64,000 nucleotides of DNA from Mobula hypostoma (GCF_963921235.1 NC_086097.1:47804001-47868000); one strand, 5' to 3'; positions 40,056-53,549 are shown, counted from the first letter of the stretch. Numbers and translations are program-made. Notes: a model not told the origin generated them from the letters alone.

Positions 40056-41120
40056 TCTTCTGTTGCATTATCCAATTTCTATTAAGCTTCAGATGGCAGA
40101 CTGCTACCCTGACATTCTCCTGCAAAATGTCTTGATACAATTTTGAATTCATTGTTCCCTCGGTGATTGTAAACTGTCCAGGCCCTGAAGCAGCAATGCA
40201 GCCCCAAAGCATGATGCTCCTTCCACCATGCTTCACAGTTGGTGTGCAGTGTCCCATTTCCTCCAAACATAGCAATGTGCATTTCTGCCAAGAACTTCAA
40301 CTTTTGTCTCAAATGTCCACAGATCCCAGAAGGATAGAACATCCAGATGGTCTTTTGCAACCCTGAGATGTGCAGCAATGTTTTTTTTTCTGGGGAGACC
40401 AATAATTCCCTCTGTGGTGTCTTTCTATGAACACCATTCGTGTTCAGTGTTTTCTTATAGTTGGCACATGAACAGAGACTTTAGCAAGTTCAAGAGTTTT
40501 CTGCAGGTCTTTTGCTGTTAACCTCCTTCAGCATTGCACATAGTGCTCTTGATATGATCTATGCAGGATGCCCACTCCTAGGGATAGAAGCAACAGTACC
40601 GAGTTTCCTCCATTTGTAGATAATTTCTTTTACTGTGGACTGATGAACACTCGGGACTTTAGAGAGATTTTTGTACCCTCTTCCAGCTTCATGCACATCT
40701 ACAATTCTTCCTCTAAGGTCCTCTGAAAGTTGCTTTTGTTGATGCATGGTGCACATAAACAACAGATCTTTCTTGAGAGCAGGCTTTGTCAGTAACCTGA
40801 CTTTGTGTCTTTTTATATAGAGCAGGGCACCTCTACAACCCACACCTCCAATCTCATCTTGTTGATTGGAACATCTGACTCCCAAGTAGCTTTTGTAGAA
40901 CCCAGAGGCTCACATACTTTTTCCAACAAATACATGTAATGTTGGATCATTTTTCTCAGTAAGTAAATGAACAAGTTATAATGTTTCTTGTGTTATTTAT
41001 TTAATTGAGTTCTTTTTATCTAGTTTTAGGACTTGCGTGAAGATCTGATCGCATTTTGGGTCATACTTATGCAGAATTATTGAACATTCTATAGGGTTCA
41101 CAAACTTTCTAGCATCACTG
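40056..41120 (-). mobile_element. Tc1 transposon 5' part (different subfamily), truncated
   Basis: ORF 40559..40885 LSEDLRGRIVDVHEAGRGYK; ORF 39991..40275 TVKHGGRSIMLWGC; end CAGTGATGC next to TA. Confidence 0.85.
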
Positions 41121-41409
41121 TACTGTAATTGATTTACTTTTTTTCTTTCTATATTATCATGTATTGCATTGTACTACTGCCAAGATAGGGTGGTTCGAGC
41201 ATCTTAAAAACTGCTGGTCTCCTGGGATTTTCATGCAAAGCAGTGTCTAGAGAATGGTGCAAAAAAAAAAGCAGTTCTATGGGTGAAATCGCCTTGTTAA
41301 TGAGTGGCCAGAGTGGTTCAAGCTCTCAGGAATGCAATCGTAACTCAAGTAACCACATTTTACGGCAGTGGTGTGCGGAAGAGCATCTCAAAATGCATAA
41401 CACATCGAC

Positions 41410-44393
41410 CTATTGTTGCTTATAACTGATGGTAATGAACTGGACTGCAGCCGACACACTCTTTAAGAAGCTACGGCGAAAGAGGGGTTGACATATTGGT
41501 CTGATGTTGCTTTTTTTTTAAAAACAGACAAACAAACAAGGTTTTCGACTCCCAATACCAACCATCTTGCTGGCAAGTGTGCAGTCTCTGGTAAATAAAA
41601 TTGACAATCTCTGAGTTAGGATGCTGTATCAGAGGGACATTAGGAACATGTGTGTTCTTTGTTCTATGAAACCTTGGTTAACCTTTCTGTGCTGGATGCA
41701 ACGATTCAAATATACAGGCTCATAATACATCGTCAAGATAGTTCAGTCGAGTCTCTCAAAACCAGAGGTGGAGGTGTACACCTCATGATAATTCCTCATG
41801 GTGTACTAATATGGCAGTGATGTCCCAATGTTGCTCACTAGATCTGGAATACCTCGCAATTAAGTGCCGGCCATTTTATCTGCCACAAGAGAATTCTGTG
41901 AACTTTTTGGTAATGGTGTACATTTCACCTCGGGCTTAATGCATGCATTTCTAAATGACAATAAATGAGGACTGAGTGCCCTCATTATCTAATCTAATGT
42001 CAAGCAGGCTCTTGACAAACTGAGCGATGTAATCAGCAGGCATGAAGCAGTACCCCCTGATACATTCCCCATCATTTTAGGGAATCTTAACCAGGCCAGC
42101 TTGATAAAGTCACAATTATTATCAACAAATCATCGGTAGTACCAGAGGAAATAACAAACTGGACCATTGTTACACTAAGTCAAAGAGTGCCTACCGTGCT
42201 ATTTCATACCCATATTTTGGTAGGTCTGATCATCTGGTTGTACTCTTACTCCCTTAGTATAAGCAGAGATTGAAGACTGCAGCACCAGTTGTGAGGAACA
42301 AGGAAGTATGGACAAGGGAAGCAAAAGAGGACTTACAGAACTGCTTTGAATCAGTGGATTGGACTGTGGTCAGGGAGTCATCTTCAAAGCTGGATGAGTA
42401 TGCCACAGTTGTCACTGACTTCATACCCAAACCAAAAGCCGTGGATGAACCAGCAGGTTCATAGTCTTCTGAGGGCTAGATCTCTGGCATTTAAGTCTGG
42501 CAATCCAGGTCTTGGTAAGAAAACTAGGTATGACTTGTGGAGGACTATTTCAAGAGCCAAGAAACAATTTCAGGAGAAGTTGGAAACAATGTTGGATGCA
42601 CATCAACTCTGGCAGTGTTTGCAGGCCATTACTTCCTACAAAGCAAAATCCAACATCATGAATGGCAGCAATGCTTCTCTACCAGACGAACTCAACACCT
42701 TCTGTGCTTCCTTTGAAAGGGAGAATAAAACCACAGCTCTGAGGATCCCTGCAGCATATGATTACCCTAAGATCGATCCCTCCCCCCTCCCCAACGTCAG
42801 GCTGTCTTTCAAGAGGATGAACCCTTGCGAGGCAGCAGGGCCCGATGGAGTACCTGGTAAGGCTCTGAAAACCTATGCCAATCAACTGGCAAGAGTATTC
42901 AAAGACATCTCTCACTGCTGCAGTTGGAAGTTTCCACCTGCTTCAAAAGAGCAACAATTATACTGGTGCCCAAGAGGAGCAGTGTGAACTGCCTCTACAA
43001 CTATCATACAGTAGCGCTCAGATCTACGGTGATGAAATACTTTGAGAGGTGGGTCATGACTAGAATCAACACCTGTCTCAGGAAGGACCTGGTCCCACTG
43101 CAATTTGCCTATCGCCACAATAAGTCTACAAAAGACACAATCTCGGTTGCTTTCCACGCAACCTATGATCACCTGGATACACAAATACCTATGTCAGGAT
43201 GCTGTTTATTGACTATAGCTCAGCATTTAACACCATCATTCCTACAGTCCTGATGAAAAAGCGACAGAACCTAGGCCTCTGTACCTCCCTCTGCAACTGG
43301 ATCCTTGACTCCCTAACCAGAAGACCACAATCTGTGTAGATTGGAAATTACATCTGTACTTCGCGCACAATTAACATTGACGTTCCATAGGGATGTGTGC
43401 TTAGCTGACTGCTTTACTCTCTCTACACCCATGACTGTGGCTTGGCCCATCTCTAACAGCATCTATAAATTTGCTGATGATACCGCCACTGTTGGCAGAA
43501 TTTCAGATGGTGACGGAAGGGCATACAGGAGTGGGATATACCAGTTAGTTGAGTGGTATCGCAGCAACAACCTTGCACTCAATGTCGGCAAGACCAGTGA
43601 GCTGATTGTGGACTTCAGGAAGGGTAAGATGAGAGAAGACAAACCAATCATACAGGCTTCAGAAGTAGAGAGAGTGAGCAGTTTCAAGTTTGTGGGTGTC
43701 GAAATCTATGAGGACCAAACCTGGACGCAATATATTGATGCATCTATAAAGAAGGCAAGACAGCGGCAATATTTCATTAGGAGGAGATTTGGTTTGTGAA
43801 CTAAAACACTCAAACTTTTACAAATGTACTGTGGAGAGCATTCTGACTGGTTGCATCACCATCTGGTATGGGGAGGGGAGTTGGCTACTACACAAGGTCA
43901 AAGTAAGTTGCAGAAACTTGTAGAATTAGTCAGCTCTAACATGGGTACCAGCCTCTGTATTATCTGACATCTTCAAGGAGTGGTGCCTTAGGAAGACGGC
44001 ATCCATTATTAAGGATCCTCACCAACCAGGACCTGCTCTCTCCGCACTGTTACCATAGGGACGGAGGTGCAGAAGCATGAAGGCACACATTCTGCGATTA
44101 TGTGATTCTTCCTCTCTGCCAACTATTTTCCAAGTGGACTTTGAACCCATGAACACTACCTCACTAATTTTTTATTTGTTATTTTGCTCTACTTATGTTA
44201 TCTATTTAATAGACACGTTAATACTTCATGTAATTCTAAGGTAGGGACATGTTCAGCACAACTTTGTGGGCGGAAGGGCCTGTATTGTGCTGTAGGTTTT
44301 CTCTGTTTGTTTATCATGTATTTCTTTGTACAGCTGCTGTAAAGTTGACATATTTCACAACATATGCCGGTGGTATTAAATCTGATTCTGATC
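41410..44393 (+). mobile_element. Near full-length decayed Rex1/Babar LINE splitting a short Tc1-derived element (about 41180-41410 and 44394-44470)
   Basis: APE and RT fragments (42346..42987, 42924..43253, 43341..43799 FADD); (CTGATT) tail at about 44381. Confidence 0.8.
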
Positions 44394-44844
44394 TTAAGGT
44401 GAATGGGCTACAGCAGCAGCAGATAACACCGGTTTCCACTCCTGTATCTAAAAAAGTGGCCATTGAATGTAATTTCTTTGTAGATCTTTGAATTGCAGTA
44501 ATGTACAATACTTTTTTTTACATAAGGAAATAAGTATTTGCCTTGGCAATGCATTGTGACAGTTTATTTGGTTGTTTCTATAATTCTCTGGGTTTTTGAC
44601 ATCCCTTTTATATTTTTCCAAGAAAAAATGTATTTGAATGATATGTGGATGAGATGGATGTGAAGGCGCATCAGATCTTTTAGCAGGTTCCATCTTGACA
44701 TCCAGCTTGAATTACAACTAGGAGCCAGTTTTTCTTCTTCCTTGCCAGAGCACATTAAGGCTGCCTCGTATATACATGTCCTTGGTTCAGGGTTAATTTA
44801 GGACAAGAAAGGGTCTGACATATTTCCAGTTGGCATGCATGTGT

Positions 44845-45403
44845 TAGCTAGCGGGCCGTGCATGGAGACAGCCATGAGAAGCACGGAGGAGCACGTGGAG
44901 AAACTTCTGAAATGCCTGCTTTGCTGCCGCTGCTACTGTGCGATTGAGAATCTCCGGAGGGGAAGGCCCCAAATCCTCGGCTTTGCCTATTGCCGGGGCC
45001 GGGGTCGAAGCGCTCGGCAGAGATGGTGCTCGGTGCTCAGTGTCAGAGAGCTGGTTGGAGGTTCGGAGTTTTCGGACGGACTTGGAGTCGGACTGTGGTC
45101 GGATGCTTCCAGGATGCTGCATTGGCAAGTTTGCGGCGTTGGAGGTTCACCATCCGCGTGAGATAATGGGACTTTCGAGAGACTTTGAGACTTTTACCGT
45201 GCCCATGGTCTGTTCTTATCAAATTACGGTATTGCTTTGCACTGTTGTAACCATATGTTATAATTATATGGTTTTTGTCAGTTTTTAAGTTGGTTTGTCT
45301 TGTGTTTCTGTGATATCATTCTGGAAAAACATTGTATCATTTCTTAATGCATGCATTACTAAATGACAATAAAAGAGGACTGCGTGTCCTCATAATCTAA
45401 TCT
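44845..45403 (+). mobile_element. CpG-rich non-coding SINE-like element with 3' stem-loop and (ATCTA)n tail
   Basis: 3' end recurs at 41936-41996; GAGGAC/GTCCTC hairpin at 45375-45391. Confidence 0.6.
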
Positions 45404-45545
45404 CCATATGTATCATCACTTCTTATAACTTGAAAGCTGTTTTTATTGTGCTTACTATGTAAGAGCAACTGCAAATTTCAATTTTATTGCATTAAATTGC
45501 ATTATGACTGCCTATATTTTAACATCAGTGTATATTTTTATCCAG

Positions 45546-45707
45546 TTAAGTCACGAACAACTCAGAACTATATCACAGTTTCCATCCCAGAAAACAATGG
45601 GTTTAAATCAACAGACTACATGGACTCAGAAGGAGGAAAACTGGAAGCTAATTCAAGAATTCATAAAAACTTTCTCAACTGCAAAACTGGGTTCTCCAAA
45701 TACAAAG
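45546..45707 (+). CDS. TDRD9: TDRD9 coding exon 9, LSHEQLRTISQ...FSTAKLGSPNTK
   Basis: tccag|TTA, AAG|gttatt (weak donor); 162 nt, phase 0-0; SHE.L and KLG.PN.K motifs. Confidence 0.85.
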
Positions 45708-45838
45708 GTTATTTGTATTAAAATTGTCATTTTATTGGAAATTGTTATTTAATCTATTAACTATGAATTGCTTTTCAAAATTAAAAGTATTCCTGCAAAG
45801 TTGTGTTAACAGGCTTGATTGTCTTTTAATATATTCAG

Positions 45839-45909
45839 GTCTATTTGCATGGTCCCTTTAATCCCTATCAGGCCAAGTTTTATAGTATGACTAATATGTC
45901 CAAGTTCAG
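45839..45909 (+). CDS. TDRD9: TDRD9 coding exon 10, VYLHGPFNPYQAKFYSMTNMSKF(R)
   Basis: ttcag|GTC, AG|gtaagt; 71 nt; LHGPFNPY motif. Confidence 0.93.
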
Positions 45910-46820
45910 GTAAGTAAAAATAATTCTAGTACACAAATCTTTATTTCAAAAGAATCTTTTTTTTGTATTTGGAGTATGGAGCAGTGATTGTTATTAGTGA
46001 TAATTTTCACTTTATTGTCTTATTGTAAATAATTCCTAAGATATTACAAGTAGTTTCATAGGTTTTGCACTATCAATACAAGAAAACATCTGCCGTATTA
46101 ACCTTTGTGTATGTATGTTCCCAAGGATTCTAAGATGCTTACCAGGACTGTTATCAAATACAAATTAAAGTGAAGCCACACACTAGGGTGGATAACCAGA
46201 CGAGGAGAAAAGGAAATAAAAGAGTGGAGTAGTTTATTGAAGTAATTCTAAAATTTAAAGCAGGAATTATAACCGCTGGTAGTTATGTATGGGTATGATC
46301 AAGAAGATAGAATAAGTTTCCGGCAGATTTCTCAGGTGGCAAGAGGGTGAAAGGAGATGCAAGATGAGAAGGAAAAATGTCATGGAGAGATTTTGGAAAC
46401 AAGTATTTTAAAACTGGAATTTTACATCAATCTTTGTCAGTCACTCTATACTGGCTGAGGCAAGTTCAGATGAAATGTGTAAAGTCACACAGCATACAAA
46501 CAGGTCCTTCAGCATATATCATCCATTTCGACAGTGGTGTCCAGCGAGTTAGTCCCATCTGCCTACATTTGGACCCTAGTCCTCCACACCATTCCTATCT
46601 GTGTACTTATTTAGATGGCATTTAAATGTTGCAAATGAGCTCATCTGTTTCTGGCGGATCATTCCAATTACACATCACCCTTCGTGTGAAGAAGCTGCCC
46701 CTGATGTCCCTTTTAAATCCATCACCTCTGATCTTAACTCTCTGCCCTTCTGCTTTTAGCGCTTACTCTCTGGAAAAATGGCCTGCTTTCAATCTTTCTG
46801 TGCCCCCATGATCTTGTGTA

Positions 46821-47281
46821 CAGTACTGTGCAAAAGTCGTGGGCGCATGTATATAGCTTGGTGCCTAAGACTTTTGCACAGGACTGTATTTGTCAATGTG
46901 GAAGGGAGAGCAAGTTTGTAAACCTAGCGCGAACAAAGGATGTTAGAAATGAAGAAGGTGGAGCACCACGGGAGGGTGGAGGTGGGACAGGTGACAGAAG
47001 AGGCGTGCCGGGGCAGTGGCTGTCTTGGATGCAGACAGCACGCAAGGTTATTTAATCATTGCAGAATGCCTTTCTGGTGCTTTTTGCTTCCTCTCCTCTC
47101 CTTGCCCCCTTCCCACTCAGTCCACAGAGGAGACCCGTATCACAATCAGATTTATTATCATTCACAGCTGTAATGAATTGCAGCATTAGTACAGTGTAAT
47201 ACCTAAAATTATGATCGTACTGCGCAAAGGTCTTTGGTATTCTAGCTAAATATATGAGCCGAAGACTTTTGGACGGTACTG
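46821..47281. mobile_element. Tc1/mariner-type MITE with palindromic end modules, TA TSD
   Basis: TA|CAGTACTGTGCAAAAGTC ... GACTTTTGGACGGTACTG|TA, inserted in a CR1 fragment. Confidence 0.75.
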
Positions 47282-48159
47282 TACCTCTATCAGGTCATCC
47301 CTCAATCTCCGACATTCCAGGCAATGAAGTCCTAGTCTACACACCCACTCCTTGTAACACAGGCCCCCGAGTCCAGACAACATCCAGTAATTTTTGTTTT
47401 TTGTTTATTGCGTCTTCCTTGTAACAGAGTGAGTAAAACTATACACAGTAATCCAAGTAAGCCCTTGTCAACGGCTTGTAACTGCAATACTCAATCGCCT
47501 GACCAATGAAGACCTAAGTGCCAAATGCCTCCTCCACCATCTCTACCTGATACTACTTTCAATGATCTATACACTTCAGCTTTTAGCTTCCTCTGTTCCA
47601 TAACACTCCCTAGGGACCTATTGTTCAATGTACGTCCTACCTTTATTTGATCTCCCAAAATTCAATACCTTACATTTATCTACAGTAGATTGAAAGATAT
47701 TTACCAGTCCTCAGCTTGCAAACCTTGTTAATCAATATTCTCCTGTAATTTTTTAACTTTCTATAACAATCTATAACACAACTTAATTTGGTATCATGCG
47801 TAAGATTACAAATATGCCTTGTACATTTGCATCCAAATTATTTATATAAATTGCAAACAACAATGGTCTCAGCACTGACTGCTGACATAGGCCTCTGCTC
47901 TGTGAAGCAACACTTGATCACCACCTTCTGCTTCGTCACACTGAGCCGCCAATAAATATAATCCCCGTCTTCCCCTTGGATTCCATGCAGTCTAACAGAC
48001 TAACCTGACTTGAGAGACCTTGTTAAAGAGCATGCAGACAACATCCACTGCCCTACTCTCATCTACTCTTTGAATTCAAAGCACTCCAAGAGATTTGTCA
48101 TGCATGACTTTCCATGCACAAAACCATATTGACTGCCTCAAATCAAACCCCGTTTTTTC

Positions 48160-48345
48160 AAACACAAAATGCTGGAGGAACTTAGGCCAGGCAGCATCTG
48201 TGGGGGGAAAAAAGTACAGTCAGCGTCTTGCCCTCAAACGTCGATTGTACTTTTTTTCCATAGAAGCTGCCTGGCCTGCTGAGTTCCTCCAGCATTTTGT
48301 GTGTGTTGCTTGGTTTCCCAGCATCCGCAGATTTTCTCTTGTTCC
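48160..48345. repeat. Palindromic Penelope-terminus-like repeat (second copy)
   Basis: Inverted arms about 48162-48218 and 48247-48303; same family as 27373-27602. Confidence 0.75.
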
Positions 48346-49217
48346 TGTTTCTCCAAATGTTGATAGACAGTATTCCTTGGAATCCTCTCCAGCAATTTAC
48401 CCACCACCAATGTCAGATTCACTAGCTTGTACTGGTTTCTTTTTGGCTTCTCTTTTTCAATAGTGGCACCACATTGGCCACCTTCCAGTCCACTGGAATC
48501 TCATCTGTGGCTGGAGGTGAAACAAAACTCTCTGCAAAGGCCAGAATCAGAATCACTAGCATATGTCATGAAATTTCTTCTATAATTATTGGCTTTCCAC
48601 AAAGTCTGAGAATGCATCATGTCTGGCACTGGGAATTTATCTACCTTCATGCACTTTAAGGCCTCCAATACCACCACCTTGCTAATTCGTATATGGTAGA
48701 AGACAACAACACTCATTTTTCCTTGTCAAAACTGAAGAGAATTATTTATTAATAATCTTGCCCATTTCCTTTGGCTATATCAGTTGCCATACCAAGCTGT
48801 GATGTATCAGGATAGGATGTTTTCTACGGTGTATCTCTAAAAATTGGTGAGGGTCAAAGGGAATGTTTTAGCTTCCTGTGGAAGTCGAGTTTTCTTAGCT
48901 ATAGCATCAATGTGGTTGGAATGGGACAGGCTATTGGTAATGTTCACTTCTAAGAACTTGGTCATGAAATACCTGAAGTGAACATATATTTTCTTGGTCT
49001 TCCTTTTAATTGTTCATATGATAGAAAAAATTGGATATAAATCATTGATCGTCTTCAAACAGTGCATATTCTAAATGGTAGCTAACAGACTTAAATGTAT
49101 TTCAACATAATTTGAAATTTGGTTGGTTAAAAACCTGAGTACTTTTTAAGAGGCATATTTTGTTTAAACGCAGCTAACTTAATTCTATCAAATTGCTCAA
49201 TTTTTAATTTTGCCCAG

Positions 49218-49327
49218 GAATGTTTGGATTGAAAGCCAGAGCATAAATTCAGTAGCTGTGAATGATGCTCCTGAAGATGTACATCAGAGGATATTGGTTG
49301 GTGCATCAGTGTCAGTAAATACCTCAG
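49218..49327 (+). CDS. TDRD9: TDRD9 coding exon 11, NVWIESQSINSVAVNDAPEDVHQRILVGASVSVNTS
   Basis: cccag|G, G|gtactt; 110 nt, phase 2-1; SINSV...DAPED.HQR motif. Confidence 0.94.
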
Positions 49328-50149
49328 GTACTTAAAAGCCTTTTTTAAACAAGGCATAATATAGTTTACTCGTTTAAGCTAATAATACATTGAAATCCCA
49401 AAGTTTACATAGGTTGTTATTTTTTCACATCTATGCATGAAATCGTTTGATAAGTTGGCAAATTATGTCCTGCAGATGGATCTGGATCTTCCACACTGAG
49501 TAATATGGGTGAGCATAATTGGCCTAAACTATAAATAATGTAATGCTGAACGCATGTGTCAGAACAAAAAGATTTCAGCATAGAATCCTAATGAAGAATC
49601 TCGGTCCAAAACATTGGTGTTTATTTCTCTTATTGGATCCTTCCTGACTTGCTGGGTTTCTCCAGCACATTTTGTGTGTACGTGTGTGTTGCTGAAGATT
49701 TCTAGCATCTGCAGAATCTCGTTTTACAAATTCAGCATTGATGGAGGCCATTTGGAAAATCATGTCTACTCTGTGTATACTTGGTATCAGTGTCATCATT
49801 TGTAACACATTTTCCTTGGACATAAGTAAATGTTTACCAAAGATTCACTCATTTTCTCCAAGTGGTGCAGAGCATGGCTTCATCTCCCAAATTACATGCT
49901 ATTGACCATAACTTGGATACTGAGAGAGTTATGAAATACCACTTATGGCTTAAATCATTCTGTTAACAGCTCCTACCTTGTAATTTTCATTGGAATCATC
50001 ATGCTTGGTGTGAGAGTCCAGTAATGAGGTTGAGCAGCCACATGTATTGGTAGGATACTAAATTGTCTTTAAATCATGGTTGGATGTATGCGGTTTTGTG
50101 TCTGGCACATAGAGGGATGAAATGAATTATTCTTCAACTGGATTGGTAC

Positions 50150-52010
50150 CAGAATAAAGAAGAGATTTCAGAGTACTTGGAGGGACGTGATAAAATAGGC
50201 AGAAGTCAGCATGGTTTCCTTCAGGGGAAATCCTTGCCTGACAAATCCATTGAAATTCTTTGAGAAAATAACAGGCAGGATAGACAAAGGTGTGTCAGTG
50301 GATGTTATTTACTGGAGTTTCAGGAGGTCTTTGACAAGGTGCCACACACCAGCAGGTTGTAAGAGTGGGCTCCCTCACCTCCAACTCTCTGACTCTCAAT
50401 ACTGGAGCCCCTGAGGGCTGCATACTGAGTCCCCTCCTTTATTCCCTGTATACTCATGACTGTATCGCCACCCACAGCTCTAATCTGCTAATTAAACAAT
50501 AATGAGGTGGCCTACAGGGAAGAAGTCATCTCTCTGACACAGTGGTGTCAAGAAAACAACCTCTCCCTCAATGTCATGAAAACAAAGGAGCTGGTTGTGG
50601 ATTACAGGAGAAATGGAGATGGGCTAACCTCTATTGACATCAATGGATCTGGGGTTGAGATGGTAAACAGCTTCAAGTTCCTCGGCATCCACATCACCGA
50701 GGACCTCACGTGGTCTGTTCTCACCAGCTGTGTGGTGTAAAAGGCACAACAGCGCCTCTTTCACCTCAGACATTTGAGGAAGTTTGGTATGGGACCCCAA
50801 ATCCTAAGAACTTGCTACAGGGGCAAAATTGAGTGTATCCTGACTGGCTGCCTCACTGCCTGGTATGGGAACTGTACTTCCCTTAACTGCAGGACTCTGC
50901 AGAGAGTGGTGCAGACAGCCCAGCGCATCTGTAGTTGTGAACTTCCCATGATTCAGGACATTTACAAGGACAGGTGTGTAAAAAGGGCCTGTAGGATCAT
51001 TCAGGACCCAGGCCATCTCAACCACAATCTATTCCAGCTGCTGCCATCCAGGAAGTGCTAATACAGCATAAACGCCAGGACCAGCACGCTCCAGGACAGC
51101 TTCTTCCACTAGGCCATCAGACTAATGAACTTACGTTGACTTGAGTGTACTCTGTATTAGATTGACTGTTCTATTTATTAATTACTATGATTGCACATAT
51201 GGATGGAGACGTAAAATAAAGATTTTTACTCCTCATGTATGTGAAGGATGTAAGAAATAAAGTCAATTCAATTCAAAGAGCCTTTGGTATTACAGAAAAG
51301 ATATTGGCATGGATAAAAGAATGGATAGTTGGCAGAAGGCAAAGGTTGAGAATAAATGGGATGCATTCTGGTTGGCTACTGGTGATTAGTGGAGATCTGC
51401 AGTGGTCTCTTCACGTTATATTTAATAATCAGGATGATAGAATTGATGGCTTTGTGGCCAAGTTTGTGGATGATATAAAGATGGGTGGAGTGGAAGGTTG
51501 TGCTGAGGAAGTAGTCAGTTTGCAGAAGGACTTGGACAGATTAGGAGAATGGGCAAAGTGGCAGGTGGAATCCAGTGCAGGGAAATGTATGGTAATGCAC
51601 TTTGGTTGAAAGAATAAAGGTGTAGTCTATTTTATAAACAGGAATTAAGTTCACAAATTGGAAGTACAGCATTCCCTAAAGGAAGGCAAATGCAATGTTA
51701 GCATTCATTTCCAGATGGATTGCATCTGTTAGTCTCGCGAGACCATGGATCTGTGCCTGGAAAGTCTTGCTTCAGTCTCTCCAGGGTGCAGGCCTGGGCA
51801 AGGTTGTAGGGAAGACTGGCAGTTTCCAGTTTCAGGCCCCTTATCTAAGAAAAGATGTACTGACATATGAGAGGTCCTGAGGTTTTCAAGAATGATTCTG
51901 GGAGTGAAAGTGTTAACTTATGAGGAGAGCTTGGCTCTGGGCCTGCACTCACTGGAGTTCAGAAGATTGAGAGGGGCGTCTCATTGAAATCCACCAAATA
52001 TCAAAAAGGC
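50150..52010 (+). mobile_element. CR1 RT fragment interrupted by a Rex 3' fragment (about 50350-51276, (AATTC)n tail)
   Basis: ORFs 50211.., 51235..51609 (FVDD); Rex ORFs 50507..50740 and 50774..51061. Confidence 0.8.
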
Positions 52011-52932
52011 TTGATTGAGCTTTGACCATCGGAACATGGAGGAACCATCTGAAGCTCAAACATCCCCTGATGATTCTATGATTTCAACTTCTGAAGCCAA
52101 CGTGCAAGCTGCTTTCAGGAGGGTGAACCCACAGAAAGCATCTTGACCGGACAGAATGCCTGGCCACATACTAAAGACCTCTGCTGATCAGCTGGCTGGT
52201 GTGTTCACTGAGATCTTTAACTCTCACTTTGGCAGTGTGTGGTATCCACCTGCTTCAGGCAGGCTTCAATTATACCAGTGCCCAAGAAGAGCGTAGTAAC
52301 CTGCGTCAGTGACTGTTGTCCAATTGCACGTACGTCCATGGTGATGAAGTGTTTTGAGACGTTGGCGATGAAACATATCGGCTGCTGCCTGAGAGGTGGC
52401 TTGGATCCACTCTAATTTGCCTACCAGAGCAACAGGTCCATAGCAGATGCCATCTCATTGGCTCTTCACTCAACTCTGGAACATCTGGACAGCAAAGATG
52501 CATACATCAGGATGCTCTTCATCAAATACAGCTTAACATTCAATACCATCTTCCCCTCAAAACTAATCAATAAGCCTCAAGACTTTGGCCTCAATACCTC
52601 CTTGTGCAATTGGCTCCTGGATTTTCTCACTTGTAGACTCCAGTCAGTTCAGATTGGCAACAGCATTTCCTCAGCCATGATGGAATGGTGTTGCAGAATC
52701 GATGAGCTGAATGGCTTAATTCTGCTCCTATGTCATATGGTCTTATGGAATCTCAGTTTTTAAAAGAATAGTGAAAAGCACCATCAAATGCCTTCATAAA
52801 CCACCTTTGAATTTTGTGTTATTTATAAATGCAATTTTCTTGGTAAAATGTTTTGAAGAATGATAGCAGACTGAGTCGATTAATTGAGCAACCAACATAT
52901 ACTGTAATTGTTCTTTATTTCTGGTTTTGCAG

Positions 52933-53029
52933 GCTCAACTATGATTGTGCGAGAAACAACACTGATGCCAAACATTCATGGGTTACCAGCTCTAATATGT
53001 ATGATATTTGCTCCAGTCATGGAACTGAG
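52933..53029 (+). CDS. TDRD9: TDRD9 coding exon 12, GSTMIVRETTLMPNIHGLPALICMIFAPVMEL(R)
   Basis: ttgcag|GC, AG|gtgcat; 97 nt, phase 1-2; RETxLMPxIxGLPAL motif. Confidence 0.94.
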
Positions 53030-53410
53030 GTGCATGTGAAAATGAGCAAGAGGGTTATATTACATGCCTATTATTCACTGAGTTTTATTCTTGTTACTTA
53101 ATACTGTATATTCTATTTATCTTCCCTGAACCATTGCAGTGAAATGAGACACTTGCATGTCACCAGCACTGTTTATTTTTTAATCACAAATACTGCATTT
53201 AAAACAACAGGTTTTCTCGTATTACCATATACAATACATTCTTACTCTGAATAGCTTACTTCACGTGAACCCATTTGGTAAGAACAGTCATTTCTCTAGC
53301 ATGCTTAAGTATACAATAATACCAGACAGATTACATTTTTGGATGGAAAGGGTGAACATTTTCCTCCATTTTGCACGTGTTACTAATTCTGTTCTGTGTT
53401 GTCTCTCTAG

Positions 53411-53549
53411 GACTGACAGATTAAGAAAACATTACATCGGTGCTTTGTGTGGTTTAGGTTGGAATCCAGTTATTAGTGCCCCTGTATTGGAAGAACATGA
53501 TCTGGAAGTTGTGTTTGATGTGCATTTTGATGCTAATGACATTTTGGAG
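53411..53549 (+). CDS. TDRD9: TDRD9 coding exon 13, TDRLRKHYIGALCGLGWNP...EHDLEVVFDVHFDANDILE
   Basis: ctctag|G, GAG|gtagtg; 139 nt; LCGLGWNP and EHD.E..FDV.F motifs. Confidence 0.95.

Noticed and set aside
44835..45288. Overlapping GC-rich ORFs or a CpG-island promoter of a nested gene
   Set aside because: No recognisable protein motifs; the block has a retroposon-like tail repeated elsewhere in the window.
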